This document shows positions 16,474-25,975 of a stretch of DNA of 32,000 nt, piece after piece. The stretch is from Opitutales bacterium (lineage in GTDB: Bacteria > Verrucomicrobiota > Verrucomicrobiia > Opitutales > PNEW01), in the NCBI GenBank assembly GCA_965219535.1, contig CBDCNV010000002.1:240001-272000 (forward strand), read 5' to 3'. The notes beneath the pieces are model-generated. The model was not told where the DNA came from, made no database searches, and saw only the letters and a program-made list of their open reading frames with translations. The translations under genes and the position numbers were made by a program. Every line of letters begins with the position of its first letter. Positions within the stretch are counted from its first letter, which is position 1.

Positions 16474-17807
16474 GTTGAACTTTCTCTTTCAGTCTCCCGT
16501 TCTTCCACTACCTTGGGGTCCTTGTCTTCAGGGGTTGCTTGCAATGAAGCTGGCGCCGGTTCGCTCTGCTTGGATTCGCCCGTTATTTCCGCACCTCTAT
16601 TCATTATTTGTTTCAACTTTGGAGTACTTTCACCGACATAGTTGGGAACAACGGGCGTCCCTTCTGCCGCATAGGGTAGTGGCGTCAAGCAAAGGACTTC
16701 CCCTGGAGCTAACTGTTTTCGAACAACCACATTTTCTGAATCGCTCCAGACAATTTCCACCTCTCTACGATTCAATTTATTATCTCCATCGATGATGAGT
16801 ACTTCACGTCCTTCACGTAAAGTTGATCGCGAGATGACAAAAACATCTCTAAGGACTTCACCCATAATCTCTGCTTCGACAAACTGCCCCGCTTTTAATG
16901 GCGGTCGATTTGCCACGCTGCGACCGTAAGGATCGTCTACTTGAGCGACGACAAAAAGCTGACGGCTTCGTGTATCAATCGCCCCTTCTGTTCGAACAAT
17001 GTAGCCTTCCCAAGTATGTAGCTGCTCACCGAATGACGCACGGAGAATTACTTTGGGACCAGATTCCAGGTCCTGGGTACTTTCACCACGGTAAATTTCC
17101 GGTAGCTTAACGAAGGCAATTTCGCTATCACTGAGTGGCAGGCGAATTTCAGCGTAATCGACCGCGTATATAAGTGCCATCACGCTGCCAGGGGTCACAA
17201 ATTGGCCTACGTCTACCCGCTTCTCGAGAATCCTTCCCGCATAGGGTGCGGTAATCTCTGTCCGCTCTAAATCGCGCTGTGCTTGATCTCGCTTGGCAAT
17301 TGCTGATGCAACTGTTGCACGCGCATCTGCCAATTGCGGTTGACGAAGAACGAGTGCCCCGGGATCGCTGCCATCTCCAAGTTTTTTCCAATCCTCCCGC
17401 GCTTGCTCACTCCGGGCCTCCTCTTCTGCACTGATCAGTTGTGCCCGGGCCAAATTAGCCTCAGCCACTACCAGGGCGGTAATGTAATCACTTTTTTCTA
17501 TGCGTAACAGGATGTCTCCGTTTTCAAAAAATCCCCCTTCACGAAATGTTGGTGAGACCCATTCTATTCGTCCAGATACTTGAGGGATGAGAGTGCTTTC
17601 CGTCCTTGGCTGCACCGTCCCTTGCGTGTGAACGATGACCGGATAATCCTCCAGCTCCAGCCGTATCGCATCAACATGGGTTGTTGCTGGCGGTGGTTTG
17701 CGACGCTGCGGTTTTGATTTAGTCGCTATAAGTACTACCGTAATCACTATACACGTTATTATTATAATGATCGGTAAAAAAGGTTTTATATATTTAAACT
17801 TCATCAC
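16470..17807 (-). CDS. RND efflux periplasmic adaptor (membrane fusion protein)
   Basis: 445 aa with an N-terminal TM anchor, a coiled-coil hairpin and beta-barrel regions typical of the HlyD/AcrA family. It has a long acidic C-terminal tail. Confidence 0.9.
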   Translation of the reverse strand: MMKFKYIKPFLPIIIIITCIVITVVLIATKSKPQRRKPPPATTHVDAIRLELEDYPVIVHTQGTVQPRTESTLIPQVSGRIEWVSPTFREGGFFENGDILLRIEKSDYITALVVAEANLARAQLISAEEEARSEQAREDWKKLGDGSDPGALVLRQPQLADARATVASAIAKRDQAQRDLERTEITAPYAGRILEKRVDVGQFVTPGSVMALIYAVDYAEIRLPLSDSEIAFVKLPEIYRGESTQDLESGPKVILRASFGEQLHTWEGYIVRTEGAIDTRSRQLFVVAQVDDPYGRSVANRPPLKAGQFVEAEIMGEVLRDVFVISRSTLREGREVLIIDGDNKLNRREVEIVWSDSENVVVRKQLAPGEVLCLTPLPYAAEGTPVVPNYVGESTPKLKQIMNRGAEITGESKQSEPAPASLQATPEDKDPKVVEERETERESST

Positions 17808-17817
17808 TTATTTTCTC

Positions 17818-19257
17818 TCAGGTGTCATTCCTATCATCCTTCTTGCTCTCTGCGCTTGCCGTCGCGGTCAGCTGGCCAAAGTCGCCACCAAGCGCAAGAT
17901 AAAGATTAATGCGGTTCTGCAGACGTTGATTCGATATCTGTAAAAGCTGTCGCTTAGAATCAAAAGCTCGACGCTGTGATTCTAAGACGGTCACAATATC
18001 TGTTAATCCTTTCTGATACTGATCCCAGGCAAGATCCTCTGCTTCTAAAGCTTCTTCCGCACCATGGCGTAAGGCCAACTCCTGTTCTTTTAAATAGACT
18101 TCCGCTGCCAGGGCGCTCTCCACCTCGCTAAAAGCTAGAAGCGCTGTCTGCCCATATTCAGCCAAAGCCTGTTCTCGACTGGCCTGAGATCGATTGACAC
18201 CTGCCTCAAGCCTTCCTCCTTGAAACAGGGGCTGGGTCAAATTACCGATTAGGCTCCAGACTTTGAAATCAGTATTGAGAATCTCGGTTAAATCATTGGT
18301 GCTCGTCCCCCCGCTTGCCGTCAATCGGATCGCTGGAAGTTTATTTTTTTTCGAAACTTTCACCCTGCTGTCAGCCGCCGCAAGCCGGCGTTCGGCCGCC
18401 CGTAGATCGGGACGCCTCTCCAGAAGCTCAACGGGCAAGCCAGCGGGGACGGGTTGGACAATTACTGGTAGATCACTGGCAAGCGCAATTTGATAAGCAG
18501 GGTAGCGCCCCATGATAACTTCCAGGGTGCGGACTTCGACGTCACGCAGGCGCAAGCGTGATTGCAGGTTACTCCTTGCAGCCGCAACATTGGTGCGTGT
18601 TAAACGCACATCCAATGCACGGGTGATGCCCCTGCGAAATCGTTCTTCTATAATTTCGAGATTATCTTCAAAGCTTTCCAAGGTGTCTTCTGCCAGTCTC
18701 ACCTGTAATTCAGCCTCGACAGCGTCAAACCATGACTTCGACGTGCGTCCGGCCAGGGATAAACGCGCGGCGCGATAATCTGACTCCGAGGCCTGGAAGT
18801 CGGCAACCGATGCTCGAGCGCTGTCCCTTAAGCGGCCCCAAAGATCTATTTCCCAATTGAGATCAAAAGCTATGCCAAAGGTGTCAGATCGATTGCTAGT
18901 AAGGGCAAACCCGCTCGTACCGGTGCGTTGACGGCGGCTGCCACTCACGCCCGCAAAGATTTGAGGATAACGGTCGGCTCCGGAAATTACCGTGTTCGCG
19001 CGGGAGATTTCAAGTCGCGCCGCTACCGCCTGAAGATTATAATTATGGGCCAGCGATTGAGCGATCAGATCCGGGAGGAGTGGGTCCGCTATATCTTTCA
19101 ACCATCCGCTGGAAAAGGGTGGAAGCGATTTATCACCCAGTGCCGACCAGTTTTCAGGGGTCTTAATTTCGAGCTCACCCGTACGATCCTTGGGCGGTGT
19201 ATTACAACCCGCTAAAAGAAAAATGAGGCCAAGAACTATTAGAGATGCTTTTCTCAT
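17818..19257 (-). CDS. efflux outer-membrane factor lipoprotein (NodT/OprM-like)
   Basis: 479 aa. Lipobox LLAGC at the N-terminus and duplicated OEP-type helical repeats. Confidence 0.9.
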   Translation of the reverse strand: MRKASLIVLGLIFLLAGCNTPPKDRTGELEIKTPENWSALGDKSLPPFSSGWLKDIADPLLPDLIAQSLAHNYNLQAVAARLEISRANTVISGADRYPQIFAGVSGSRRQRTGTSGFALTSNRSDTFGIAFDLNWEIDLWGRLRDSARASVADFQASESDYRAARLSLAGRTSKSWFDAVEAELQVRLAEDTLESFEDNLEIIEERFRRGITRALDVRLTRTNVAAARSNLQSRLRLRDVEVRTLEVIMGRYPAYQIALASDLPVIVQPVPAGLPVELLERRPDLRAAERRLAAADSRVKVSKKNKLPAIRLTASGGTSTNDLTEILNTDFKVWSLIGNLTQPLFQGGRLEAGVNRSQASREQALAEYGQTALLAFSEVESALAAEVYLKEQELALRHGAEEALEAEDLAWDQYQKGLTDIVTVLESQRRAFDSKRQLLQISNQRLQNRINLYLALGGDFGQLTATASAESKKDDRNDT

Positions 19258-19288
19258 CGTAAAATAAAACCTGTTTAATCCAATAGGT

Positions 19289-19939
19289 TTAATTCGCGCG
19301 GAACCCCGCGCAGATAAATTGAATTAATCGTGCTACCATTCCTTCTATGTCTTCAGGGTCACAAAATCCCTTTGAAGAATTTCCCACGCGCTGTCGGGTC
19401 GACATTGATGAAAGCATCAAGGTAAGAGCAAAATGAAATCGCCAATGGAGTTCTGCTACCTCAAGTTCAGGTAACGTTTCGCTCAGCGCTTTCAATATTG
19501 TAATCGAAAGCTTCTTAAAATGTTCCTCGTATACCGCTTGCCTTAGCGTCGGTTGCTCAGTTAAACGATCTATAATGTGAATAAGATCCATCGTATCTTT
19601 ATCCGTGTACGGCGCGACCGACTGAAAAAAAGGCAGGAAAAAAGCCTCGAATATTTTTTCAAGAGGGATGGGCCGGCCGGCCGCTTCGACTCTAAATTTC
19701 TCGAGCAAGGCAAAGCGACGCTCGTTTACGGGTTCAACCCGCCGCCTGATAAGCTCATTCAACATCTCCTCTTTCGAGCCGAAATGATAATTGACAGCGG
19801 CAACGTTTGCCTTCGCCTCCTGTGTAATTTGCCGCAATGAAGTGGCTTTGAATCCCTGTTCCGCAAACAGCCGCTGCGCTGTGTTCAAAAGGCGGTCACG
19901 CGTATCTTGCTGTCCTTCTATGACTTTATTGGCTTCCAT
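19289..19939 (-). CDS. TetR/AcrR-family transcriptional regulator
   Basis: 216 aa. N-terminal HTH RDRLLNTAQRLFAEQGFKATSLRQITQEAKANVAAVNYHFGSKE. It is the first gene of the efflux cluster. Confidence 0.9.
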   Translation of the reverse strand: MEANKVIEGQQDTRDRLLNTAQRLFAEQGFKATSLRQITQEAKANVAAVNYHFGSKEEMLNELIRRRVEPVNERRFALLEKFRVEAAGRPIPLEKIFEAFFLPFFQSVAPYTDKDTMDLIHIIDRLTEQPTLRQAVYEEHFKKLSITILKALSETLPELEVAELHWRFHFALTLMLSSMSTRQRVGNSSKGFCDPEDIEGMVARLIQFICAGFRAN

Positions 19940-19967
19940 TTAAACAAATGTTTAAAACAAACGTTTG
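19940..19967. promoter_or_regulatory. two adjacent perfect palindromes, candidate TetR operator(s)
   Basis: TTAAACA-AA-TGTTTAA (19940-19955) and CAAACGTTTG (19958-19967). They begin at the nucleotide next to the tetR ATG (19937-19939). Confidence 0.5.
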
Positions 19968-20154
19968 ATAGAAAAGGGAGATTGTCAAATAAAATGCCGT
20001 CTATAAGTTATAAGTGATTAGTTTGTAATAAGATAATAAATAAACCAACCGCTGTTTTCGCCGGGTTGAAGTATAAGAGAGGCCGACAATTGACGATTTC
20101 CGGGATGTCACCCACAGGGTAACAGGGCTGTTCACTATCACACTTATTCAACTA

Positions 20155-20285
20155 CGACACCTTCAAACGCGCTAGGGACAGCGCGTTCCACCCATTTTAA
20201 AATATTCAAAGATCATTTGTTTGAATTTATGATAATTTGGTGGAGCGGGCTGTCCCTAGCACGCTTTCTTTACTCAAAAGTGTCG
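20155..20285. repeat. about 130-bp imperfect palindrome (MITE-like or structured RNA)
   Basis: Arm CGACACCTTCAAACGCGCTAGGGACAGCGCGTTCCACC (20155-20192) pairs with GGTGGAGCGGGCTGTCCCTAGCACGC...CTCAAAAGTGTCG (20238-20285). Each arm has its own hairpin (CGCGCT-AGGGAC-AGCGCG). An inner ATTCAAA/TTTGAAT pair is also present. Confidence 0.5.
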
Positions 20286-20509
20286 AAAATATTCACCAGG
20301 GACTAACAGGCGGGACGAAGATTTAACTTGGCAAGCTATTCACTCCGAAGGGGCGAAGGTAATTCACCATAGGTATTAATCCTTGGTAAAGGGAATGAAT
20401 GAACGATTAAATGCTCTTAACAACTACCGAGAAAGATTGAATTTAGATTCCGTTTGGATTACTAGGAGAGTAGAGCGAATCACCCCTAAATAAAACGTTC
20501 CTTATTTTA

Positions 20510-22606
20510 ATGAACAGAAACCGTATCGTAGTATTTGTATTTCTAATCCTTTACACGCTGGGTAGTGGTTTAAGGGCTGAGCCGGTTCGCGACCATTACG
20601 TCGAAGCTGAACTCATTTCCGAGTACACTTCCCTTCAACCGGGGCACGTTTTTACCGTCGCATTAAAACTTAAGCATGATGAAGGCTGGCATACATACTG
20701 GAAGAATCCCGGCGATGCGGGCCTTCCCACGGAAATAAACTGGGAGCTCCCCGACGGTTTTAACGCCGGAGCGATCCATTGGCCAACACCTCGTCAGCTT
20801 CCTTTCCAAGGAGGTATAAATTACGGTTATGAAGGCACGGTTTTACTCCTCGTCGATATTGCTGCACCGGAAAATTTAATCGGAGATGAAGTGCGAATCG
20901 CCGCGCGTGTAAACTGGTTGATGTGCGAGGAGGTCTGCATACCGGGTGAAGCCGATTTATCGCTTCTCGTCTCGGTGAATAGAAATTCACCGGAGATCGA
21001 TGTGAGAGAGAAGGAAAATTTTACAAGAACACGTCAGCGATTGCCCCGCGAACTTTCCGCATGGAAGGTAAATGCCTTTTTAGAAGAGGAGCAAGTATCC
21101 CTGTCAATTGCCCCAGAAGCAGACGTTCAAGCTAATATTACCGCCGTCTATTTCTATTCCGAAGATGCGCAGATTGATGCTAACGCTTCACAGTTACTGA
21201 GACAAACTGATGACGGTTATTCGTTGACCTTAACCCGAGCAAGCGATGCTGAAGAAACTTCTCTCAGATTGCCCGGGGTACTTTACAGTAAGGATGGTTG
21301 GCTCGCGGACGGCGATGTCACGGCAATGCGTATTGCTCCCAATTTAATACCTGGGGCTCCACCCCTATCCGGGGTAGTCGTCACCTCGGATATATCGATG
21401 TCAGGTATCAGCAGTTTTTTTGCGATCATCGGCCTGGCTTTTATCGGTGGATTGATACTTAACTTCATGCCCTGTGTTTTCCCGATTCTCGGCCTCAAGG
21501 TTATGGGCTTTGTTAAACAGGCAGGTGAAGATCGCCGGAAAGTAACGCTGCATGGATTAATTTTTACCCTTGGCGTTCTTGTATCCTTTTGGATATTGAC
21601 CGGCATTCTTATCGCGTTGCGAGCCGGTGGCGAGGAACTGGGCTGGGGCTTTCAATTGCAATCACCCGCTTTTGTCTTCGCGCTCACTGTAGTATTATTC
21701 ATCTTCGCCCTGAATTTAAGTGGACTGTTTGAAGTTGGCGGATCAGCCATCGGTATCGGAAGCAAGTTGACCGCAATGTCAGGACCGGCAGGTTCTTTTT
21801 TCACAGGTGTACTCGCTACGATAGTGGCAACTCCTTGCGCGGCACCTTTCCTCGCCCCCGCGCTTGGCGCAGCGCTGACACTTTCAGCTCTCGAATCCTT
21901 GATCGTATTTACCTCAATTGCCCTCGGTCTTTCACTACCCTACCTTTTGCTCTCGATTTTTCCAGAAATGGTGAAGCTTCTTCCGCGCCCCGGTGCCTGG
22001 ATGGAATCATTTAAACAGTTGCTCGCCTTCCCGCTCTATGCAACGACCGGTTATCTCTTATGGGTATTGGGTGGGCAGATTGATGAATTCCATTTTCTTT
22101 GCGCTATATTAGGGCTTGTTTTTATCGCAATGGCGGCATGGGTTTATGGTCGATGGTCCATACCTGCCAGAAGATCAGTTGTGCGCCGTTGGTCACGGGT
22201 GGGCACAATTGCACTCTTCATTCTTGGTTTATATATTGGTTACCCTTTAGAAAAGACATCGCGTATAATATGGGAATCGTGGTCACCAGAAAAAGTGATC
22301 GCTTTACTGGCTGAGGAGCGCCCGGTATATGTTGATTTTACGGCGCGATGGTGTGCCACTTGCCAAACAAATAAAGCCACTGTCTTTTCCTCTGATGCGG
22401 TAGTTAATAGAATGCGCGAAAAAGATGTTGTCGCTCTTAAAGCGGACTGGACGCTCTTCGATCCGCTAATAACAAATGCCCTCGCAAGTTACGGTCGTTC
22501 CGCCGTTCCCTTCAATATAATTTACAATCCAAAACAGAGTGAACCAATCATTCTTCCAGAATTGCTTACCCCGGGCATTGTCCTTGACGCGCTCGATAAA
22601 CTATAA
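20510..22606 (+). CDS. dsbD: DsbD-family protein-disulfide reductase (N-terminal DsbD-alpha/ScsB-like domain, CcdA-type membrane core, C-terminal thioredoxin)
   Basis: 698 aa with a signal peptide. N-domain Cys pair WLMCEEVCIPGE. Membrane Cys residues in FMPCVFPIL and ATPCAAPFL. C-terminal WCATCQ (CxxC). Confidence 0.9.
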   Translation: MNRNRIVVFVFLILYTLGSGLRAEPVRDHYVEAELISEYTSLQPGHVFTVALKLKHDEGWHTYWKNPGDAGLPTEINWELPDGFNAGAIHWPTPRQLPFQGGINYGYEGTVLLLVDIAAPENLIGDEVRIAARVNWLMCEEVCIPGEADLSLLVSVNRNSPEIDVREKENFTRTRQRLPRELSAWKVNAFLEEEQVSLSIAPEADVQANITAVYFYSEDAQIDANASQLLRQTDDGYSLTLTRASDAEETSLRLPGVLYSKDGWLADGDVTAMRIAPNLIPGAPPLSGVVVTSDISMSGISSFFAIIGLAFIGGLILNFMPCVFPILGLKVMGFVKQAGEDRRKVTLHGLIFTLGVLVSFWILTGILIALRAGGEELGWGFQLQSPAFVFALTVVLFIFALNLSGLFEVGGSAIGIGSKLTAMSGPAGSFFTGVLATIVATPCAAPFLAPALGAALTLSALESLIVFTSIALGLSLPYLLLSIFPEMVKLLPRPGAWMESFKQLLAFPLYATTGYLLWVLGGQIDEFHFLCAILGLVFIAMAAWVYGRWSIPARRSVVRRWSRVGTIALFILGLYIGYPLEKTSRIIWESWSPEKVIALLAEERPVYVDFTARWCATCQTNKATVFSSDAVVNRMREKDVVALKADWTLFDPLITNALASYGRSAVPFNIIYNPKQSEPIILPELLTPGIVLDALDKL

Positions 22607-22618
22607 ATAGGGATTCGT

Positions 22619-23698
22619 TTAATAGGGCTGCTCTTGCATCCAGTTAATGGGTTCCCCTAATCGCTGCAAAATAAACGCTGTCCCAACCTCTATTAGCACT
22701 GATCCCGATGGATTGAGTTCACGGTCTACCCAGCCCCCCGATAATTCTGAATAGTGATACCCTTCTAATAACCCGTCTCGCGAAAGGATCATAATTCTAT
22801 CGGCAAGCTCTAATGAATCATTCTCTTTTATTCCCGAGTTTTCATCGCCCGTAAAGAGCCCGGAATCTTCCAGCGAGTAAGCAATTGGATATACGTTCGC
22901 AATGAGATTGCGGCCGGCCTCAATGGGAATTGAGGTGGTCCCAGTCTTAACGTTCCCGAATAACTTTACCGGGAGGTCTGTATTATTTAAGCGATGAACG
23001 ATAATTCCCTGATCGGGATAAAGAATAGTATCCCCACTGGGAATACCTTCTGTATCTACCCATCCTGTGTTTGATGAATAAAAAAAGATCTGTGATAATT
23101 GCGCGACCGGATTGTATAGAATAATCTTATCAGCAATTGATAAAGTGTCCTCCTCTTCCAGACCCGCTTCATTTTTACTTCCAAATACTGAAGCTATCGT
23201 GTGGTGCTTCCGAATTCTAACCCCGTCACCAATTGCGATTAATGATGATATATCCTGGACGAGAATGATCGTGTTAAGCGTAGATTCGACTATATCAACG
23301 ATCACCCCTGGATTTGGGCTCGTCTGATCCGCAATATCTATAATTTCAAGAAAATACCGTGCGTCAAATTGAAGGTTCTGAAAAGGTTCACCGGGAAAAG
23401 TTAATTGTGTAACTGAAATAGTCCCTCCCTCCAGGATGAGGGATGTTTCATTTATGCCGGAGATTACATTTTGAAATTCGACGGCATTGTATAGTCCCAG
23501 CCCGATCAGATTAAAAGCAGGCGAAGACATTTCATTTCCAGCTATATTTAAAGTGATAAACCCCTGAGGATCCGTGCACGCGCCAGCCGAGTTACTCGTA
23601 TTAGCCGCGGATGTCTGACCAGAAGCGTATAGGGTGATGGCGATCCCTAACCACCGGTAAAGCTTATACCAGTTTTCTATTTCGCGATATGATTTCAT
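22619..23698 (-). CDS. secreted protein with internal repeats, unknown function
   Basis: 359 aa with a signal-like N-terminus (WLGIAITLYASGQTSAA). Repeated modules: SIADKIILYNP...GWVDTEGIPSGDTILYPDQGIIVHRL and ELADRIMILSR...GWVDRELNPSGSVLIEVGTAFILQRL. Confidence 0.7.
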   Translation of the reverse strand: MKSYREIENWYKLYRWLGIAITLYASGQTSAANTSNSAGACTDPQGFITLNIAGNEMSSPAFNLIGLGLYNAVEFQNVISGINETSLILEGGTISVTQLTFPGEPFQNLQFDARYFLEIIDIADQTSPNPGVIVDIVESTLNTIILVQDISSLIAIGDGVRIRKHHTIASVFGSKNEAGLEEEDTLSIADKIILYNPVAQLSQIFFYSSNTGWVDTEGIPSGDTILYPDQGIIVHRLNNTDLPVKLFGNVKTGTTSIPIEAGRNLIANVYPIAYSLEDSGLFTGDENSGIKENDSLELADRIMILSRDGLLEGYHYSELSGGWVDRELNPSGSVLIEVGTAFILQRLGEPINWMQEQPY

Positions 23699-23811
23699 CT
23701 TCTGATTAATGCGAACAATGTTCGTTTAATTTGAAACGTAAAATCTTAAATCGTTCCCCTGAAACGACAATTGAATATTCTAAACTGTCTCAACGCTTAG
23801 GCAATTATAAT

Positions 23812-23870
23812 TGCGATGATGCGTGCATGCGATAAAGAGAATATGCGATTAAGCGGTAATGCGAAAATTG
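23812..23870. repeat. ATCGC-rich repeat, inverted copy of the 13205-13280 tract
   Basis: The reverse complement reads CATTACCGCTTAATCGCATATTCTCTTTATCGCATGCACGCATCATCGCAAT. Compare CCTAACCGCTTAATCGCATTCACGCTTTATCGC...ATCCACACGTTATCGCA. Confidence 0.55.
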
Positions 23871-23871
23871 C

Positions 23872-24126
23872 CCCTCTTGTCATTGCGAGGAACATAGAGA
23901 CAAAGCAATCCAGGGGTATTTCAATACGTGACCGTCATTCCCTTGTAATAGATGATGTGGCTGCGCAACCGAGGAGTGACATATACCATAAGTACAAGAG
24001 CGAAACATCTTATGAATATCCCAACATCCATTGATTTACTTTACACACCCGGCTTTCCCCTGGAATGGAAGATGTCGCTGCGCTCGGTAGCCGCGTCGCA
24101 TTGCTCCTCGCAATGACAATATGAGG
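23872..24126 (+). mobile_element. MITE-like element, copy 1
   Basis: Terminal inverted repeats are CCTCTTGTCATTGCGAGG and CCTCGCAATGACAA(TAT)GAGG. It aligns along its length with 29020-29256. It carries a nested 22-nt insertion. Confidence 0.7.
24068..24089 (+). repeat. 22-nt micro-insertion nested in MITE copy 1
   Basis: GAAGATGTCGCTGCGCTCGGTA. MITE copy 2 lacks it (cccctgga^ttgccgcgtc). It matches the 23-mers at 7910 and 9885 apart from the centre. Confidence 0.65.
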
Positions 24127-24200
24127 AATATAAAGATGAGAATTATAAATGATACCCGTTAGGCTCAATCCGCATTCAGCAATCCGACATCCGCAATTCT

Positions 24201-24551
24201 TCAGATTTTCACTCCCGCCTTATTGAGAAAAAATACCATGGTGAAATAAAGAAGAATCATTAAGAGAGTTGATATCCCCAAGCTGAAATAAAAATTAATT
24301 TCTTTTTTTAATAATAGAGGAAGCAAAAGAAAAAGAGACAAAGAGGGGATCACTAACCAGAAGATACCGGTAGAAAGTCCAGCCACTTTCTCGACATTGG
24401 CAGTATCGACGTAAAGCCAGATCATCGCCAGGTAAGATGTCAGGGGTAGTGAAGCGAGTAAGCTTCCCATGAACGAACTTCGCTTTGCGATTTCGGATAT
24501 GAGTATCACCAGGGTTGTGGTGATTAAGATTTTAGTTATATAATAAGCCAT
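24201..24551 (-). CDS. DUF3147-like small membrane protein
   Basis: 116 aa with four hydrophobic segments. SEIAKRS...LASLPL...IWLYVDT...IFWLVIPSL resembles DUF3147 as I remember it. Confidence 0.7.
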   Translation of the reverse strand: MAYYITKILITTTLVILISEIAKRSSFMGSLLASLPLTSYLAMIWLYVDTANVEKVAGLSTGIFWLVIPSLSLFLLLPLLLKKEINFYFSLGISTLLMILLYFTMVFFLNKAGVKI

Positions 24552-24755
24552 AGCTTCTTAATTTGATGCGGTTAATTGGTATGCTAAATGGTCTATGATT
24601 CTATCATTACTCACCAGCTAGAATTCTATGTATAATTAAATTAATGGGCCTCAATTAAAATATTGAGTGTAATGGTTCTTTAGAGAATTACTTTAGATCA
24701 TTTTTTTGATAGCTACTTACGTATTTTTATGCCCATCTTCATCTATCAATCAGCA

Positions 24756-25928
24756 TTATTCCTGTAATAAATCAAGATAGGGATTAAACCGGAAAATTCG
24801 AAATTTTCTACCAGGAGTAACTTGTTCCAATAAACCCAAATGAACATATAAGTCTACTAGCTTGTTTGCTGTAGCATAAGAGCATCCCAAAGTGTCTTTA
24901 GCTTCATTGACGGTGATAAATCCTTTTAAAAATAAAGAGTCCAACAATAGGTGAGCTAAGCCGGAATTAATATCATTTTTGAGTAAAAGATTTTTAAGAT
25001 CCCGGTGAAGGATTAATATTTTTTTTGCTGTTTCAGTTGCTGAATTACTGACTTCAATCACCCCTTTAAGAAAAAACTTTAACCAATCTTCCCATCGCCC
25101 TAAATCTCGAATTCCCATTAGTTTATCATAATACTCGAGTTTATGTTTTTTCAGGTAATGGCTCAGATAAAGCAATGGTCGTTGCAGAATACCTCTCTCA
25201 CACAGAAGTAGAGTTATAATCAATCGGCCAATACGACCATTCCCATCCAAGAATGGATGGATGGTTTCAAATTGCGCATGAGCCAATCCACAAAAAATTA
25301 GCGAGGGCATATTACGGTCTGTGTTTATAAATTTTTCAAAAGCGTCCAACGATTGATGCATTTCCTCAACTGGAGGTGGGACAAAGGTTGCTGAGGAAAT
25401 TGTTGCGCCTTCAGGGCCTATAAAATTTTGCCACTTACGAAATTCTCCAGGTGACTTCTCTGAACCCCTAACTCCAGTTAGTAACTTTTCATGAATCTCA
25501 CGTATGAGTCTAAGACATACCGGTAGTTCATTAAGTCGATTCAACCCATGGTTTATCGCATGAACGTAATTTACAACTTCTTCAACATCTTTAGGTTTTC
25601 GCCTTTTCGACCCTATTTCATACTCTAAAACATCTTCCAATGTGCTTTGAGTGCCTTCGATTTGGGAACTAAGCACTGCTTCCTGACGTACATACATGGC
25701 AACAAAAATGTCAGGATTGGGAATAACATCTGCCACACCATCCAGCCTTCCCAACTTGATATTAGCCTCAGAAAGTAATTGATTTAACTCATCATCAAAC
25801 AGCAATGAAGGTTCAGGAGGGAGAGGATTTGGGATAAATGCAGTGAACTTCTGTTTACCGACCGCACTCTGCACATAACGCCCTGATCTGTTATCTTTTA
25901 TATTATACTCTTCTACCATTTGATTCAA
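24756..25928 (-). CDS. fic: Fic-family protein (class II, with N-terminal inhibitory helix; C-terminal wHTH-like region)
   Basis: 390 aa. Fic motif HPFLDGNGRIGR. Inhibitory [S/T]xxxE[G/N] motif as SSQIEG upstream. The gene is visibly low in GC. Confidence 0.95.
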   Translation of the reverse strand: MNQMVEEYNIKDNRSGRYVQSAVGKQKFTAFIPNPLPPEPSLLFDDELNQLLSEANIKLGRLDGVADVIPNPDIFVAMYVRQEAVLSSQIEGTQSTLEDVLEYEIGSKRRKPKDVEEVVNYVHAINHGLNRLNELPVCLRLIREIHEKLLTGVRGSEKSPGEFRKWQNFIGPEGATISSATFVPPPVEEMHQSLDAFEKFINTDRNMPSLIFCGLAHAQFETIHPFLDGNGRIGRLIITLLLCERGILQRPLLYLSHYLKKHKLEYYDKLMGIRDLGRWEDWLKFFLKGVIEVSNSATETAKKILILHRDLKNLLLKNDINSGLAHLLLDSLFLKGFITVNEAKDTLGCSYATANKLVDLYVHLGLLEQVTPGRKFRIFRFNPYLDLLQE

Positions 25929-25935
25929 AATTAAG

Positions 25936-25975
25936 ATTTATATTATAGTATAATAGAAATTTTTATAATATAAAT
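25936..25975. promoter_or_regulatory. 12-bp perfect inverted repeat in the AT-rich region just upstream of fic
   Basis: ATTTATATTATA (25936-25947) and TATAATATAAAT (25964-25975), 8 nt from the fic start. It contains TATAAT-like hexamers. Confidence 0.35.

Noticed and set aside
13400-19840. Many 60-160-aa ORFs antisense to, or out of frame with, the RND, MFP, OMF and TetR genes
   Set aside because: They are fully contained in confidently assigned genes, have no independent start or SD signals, and show antisense-type composition.
23816-24034. 72-aa ORF on the plus strand
   Set aside because: It reads through the ATCGC-rich repeat and MITE copy 1. The homologous stretch in MITE copy 2 translates differently, so it is not conserved as protein.
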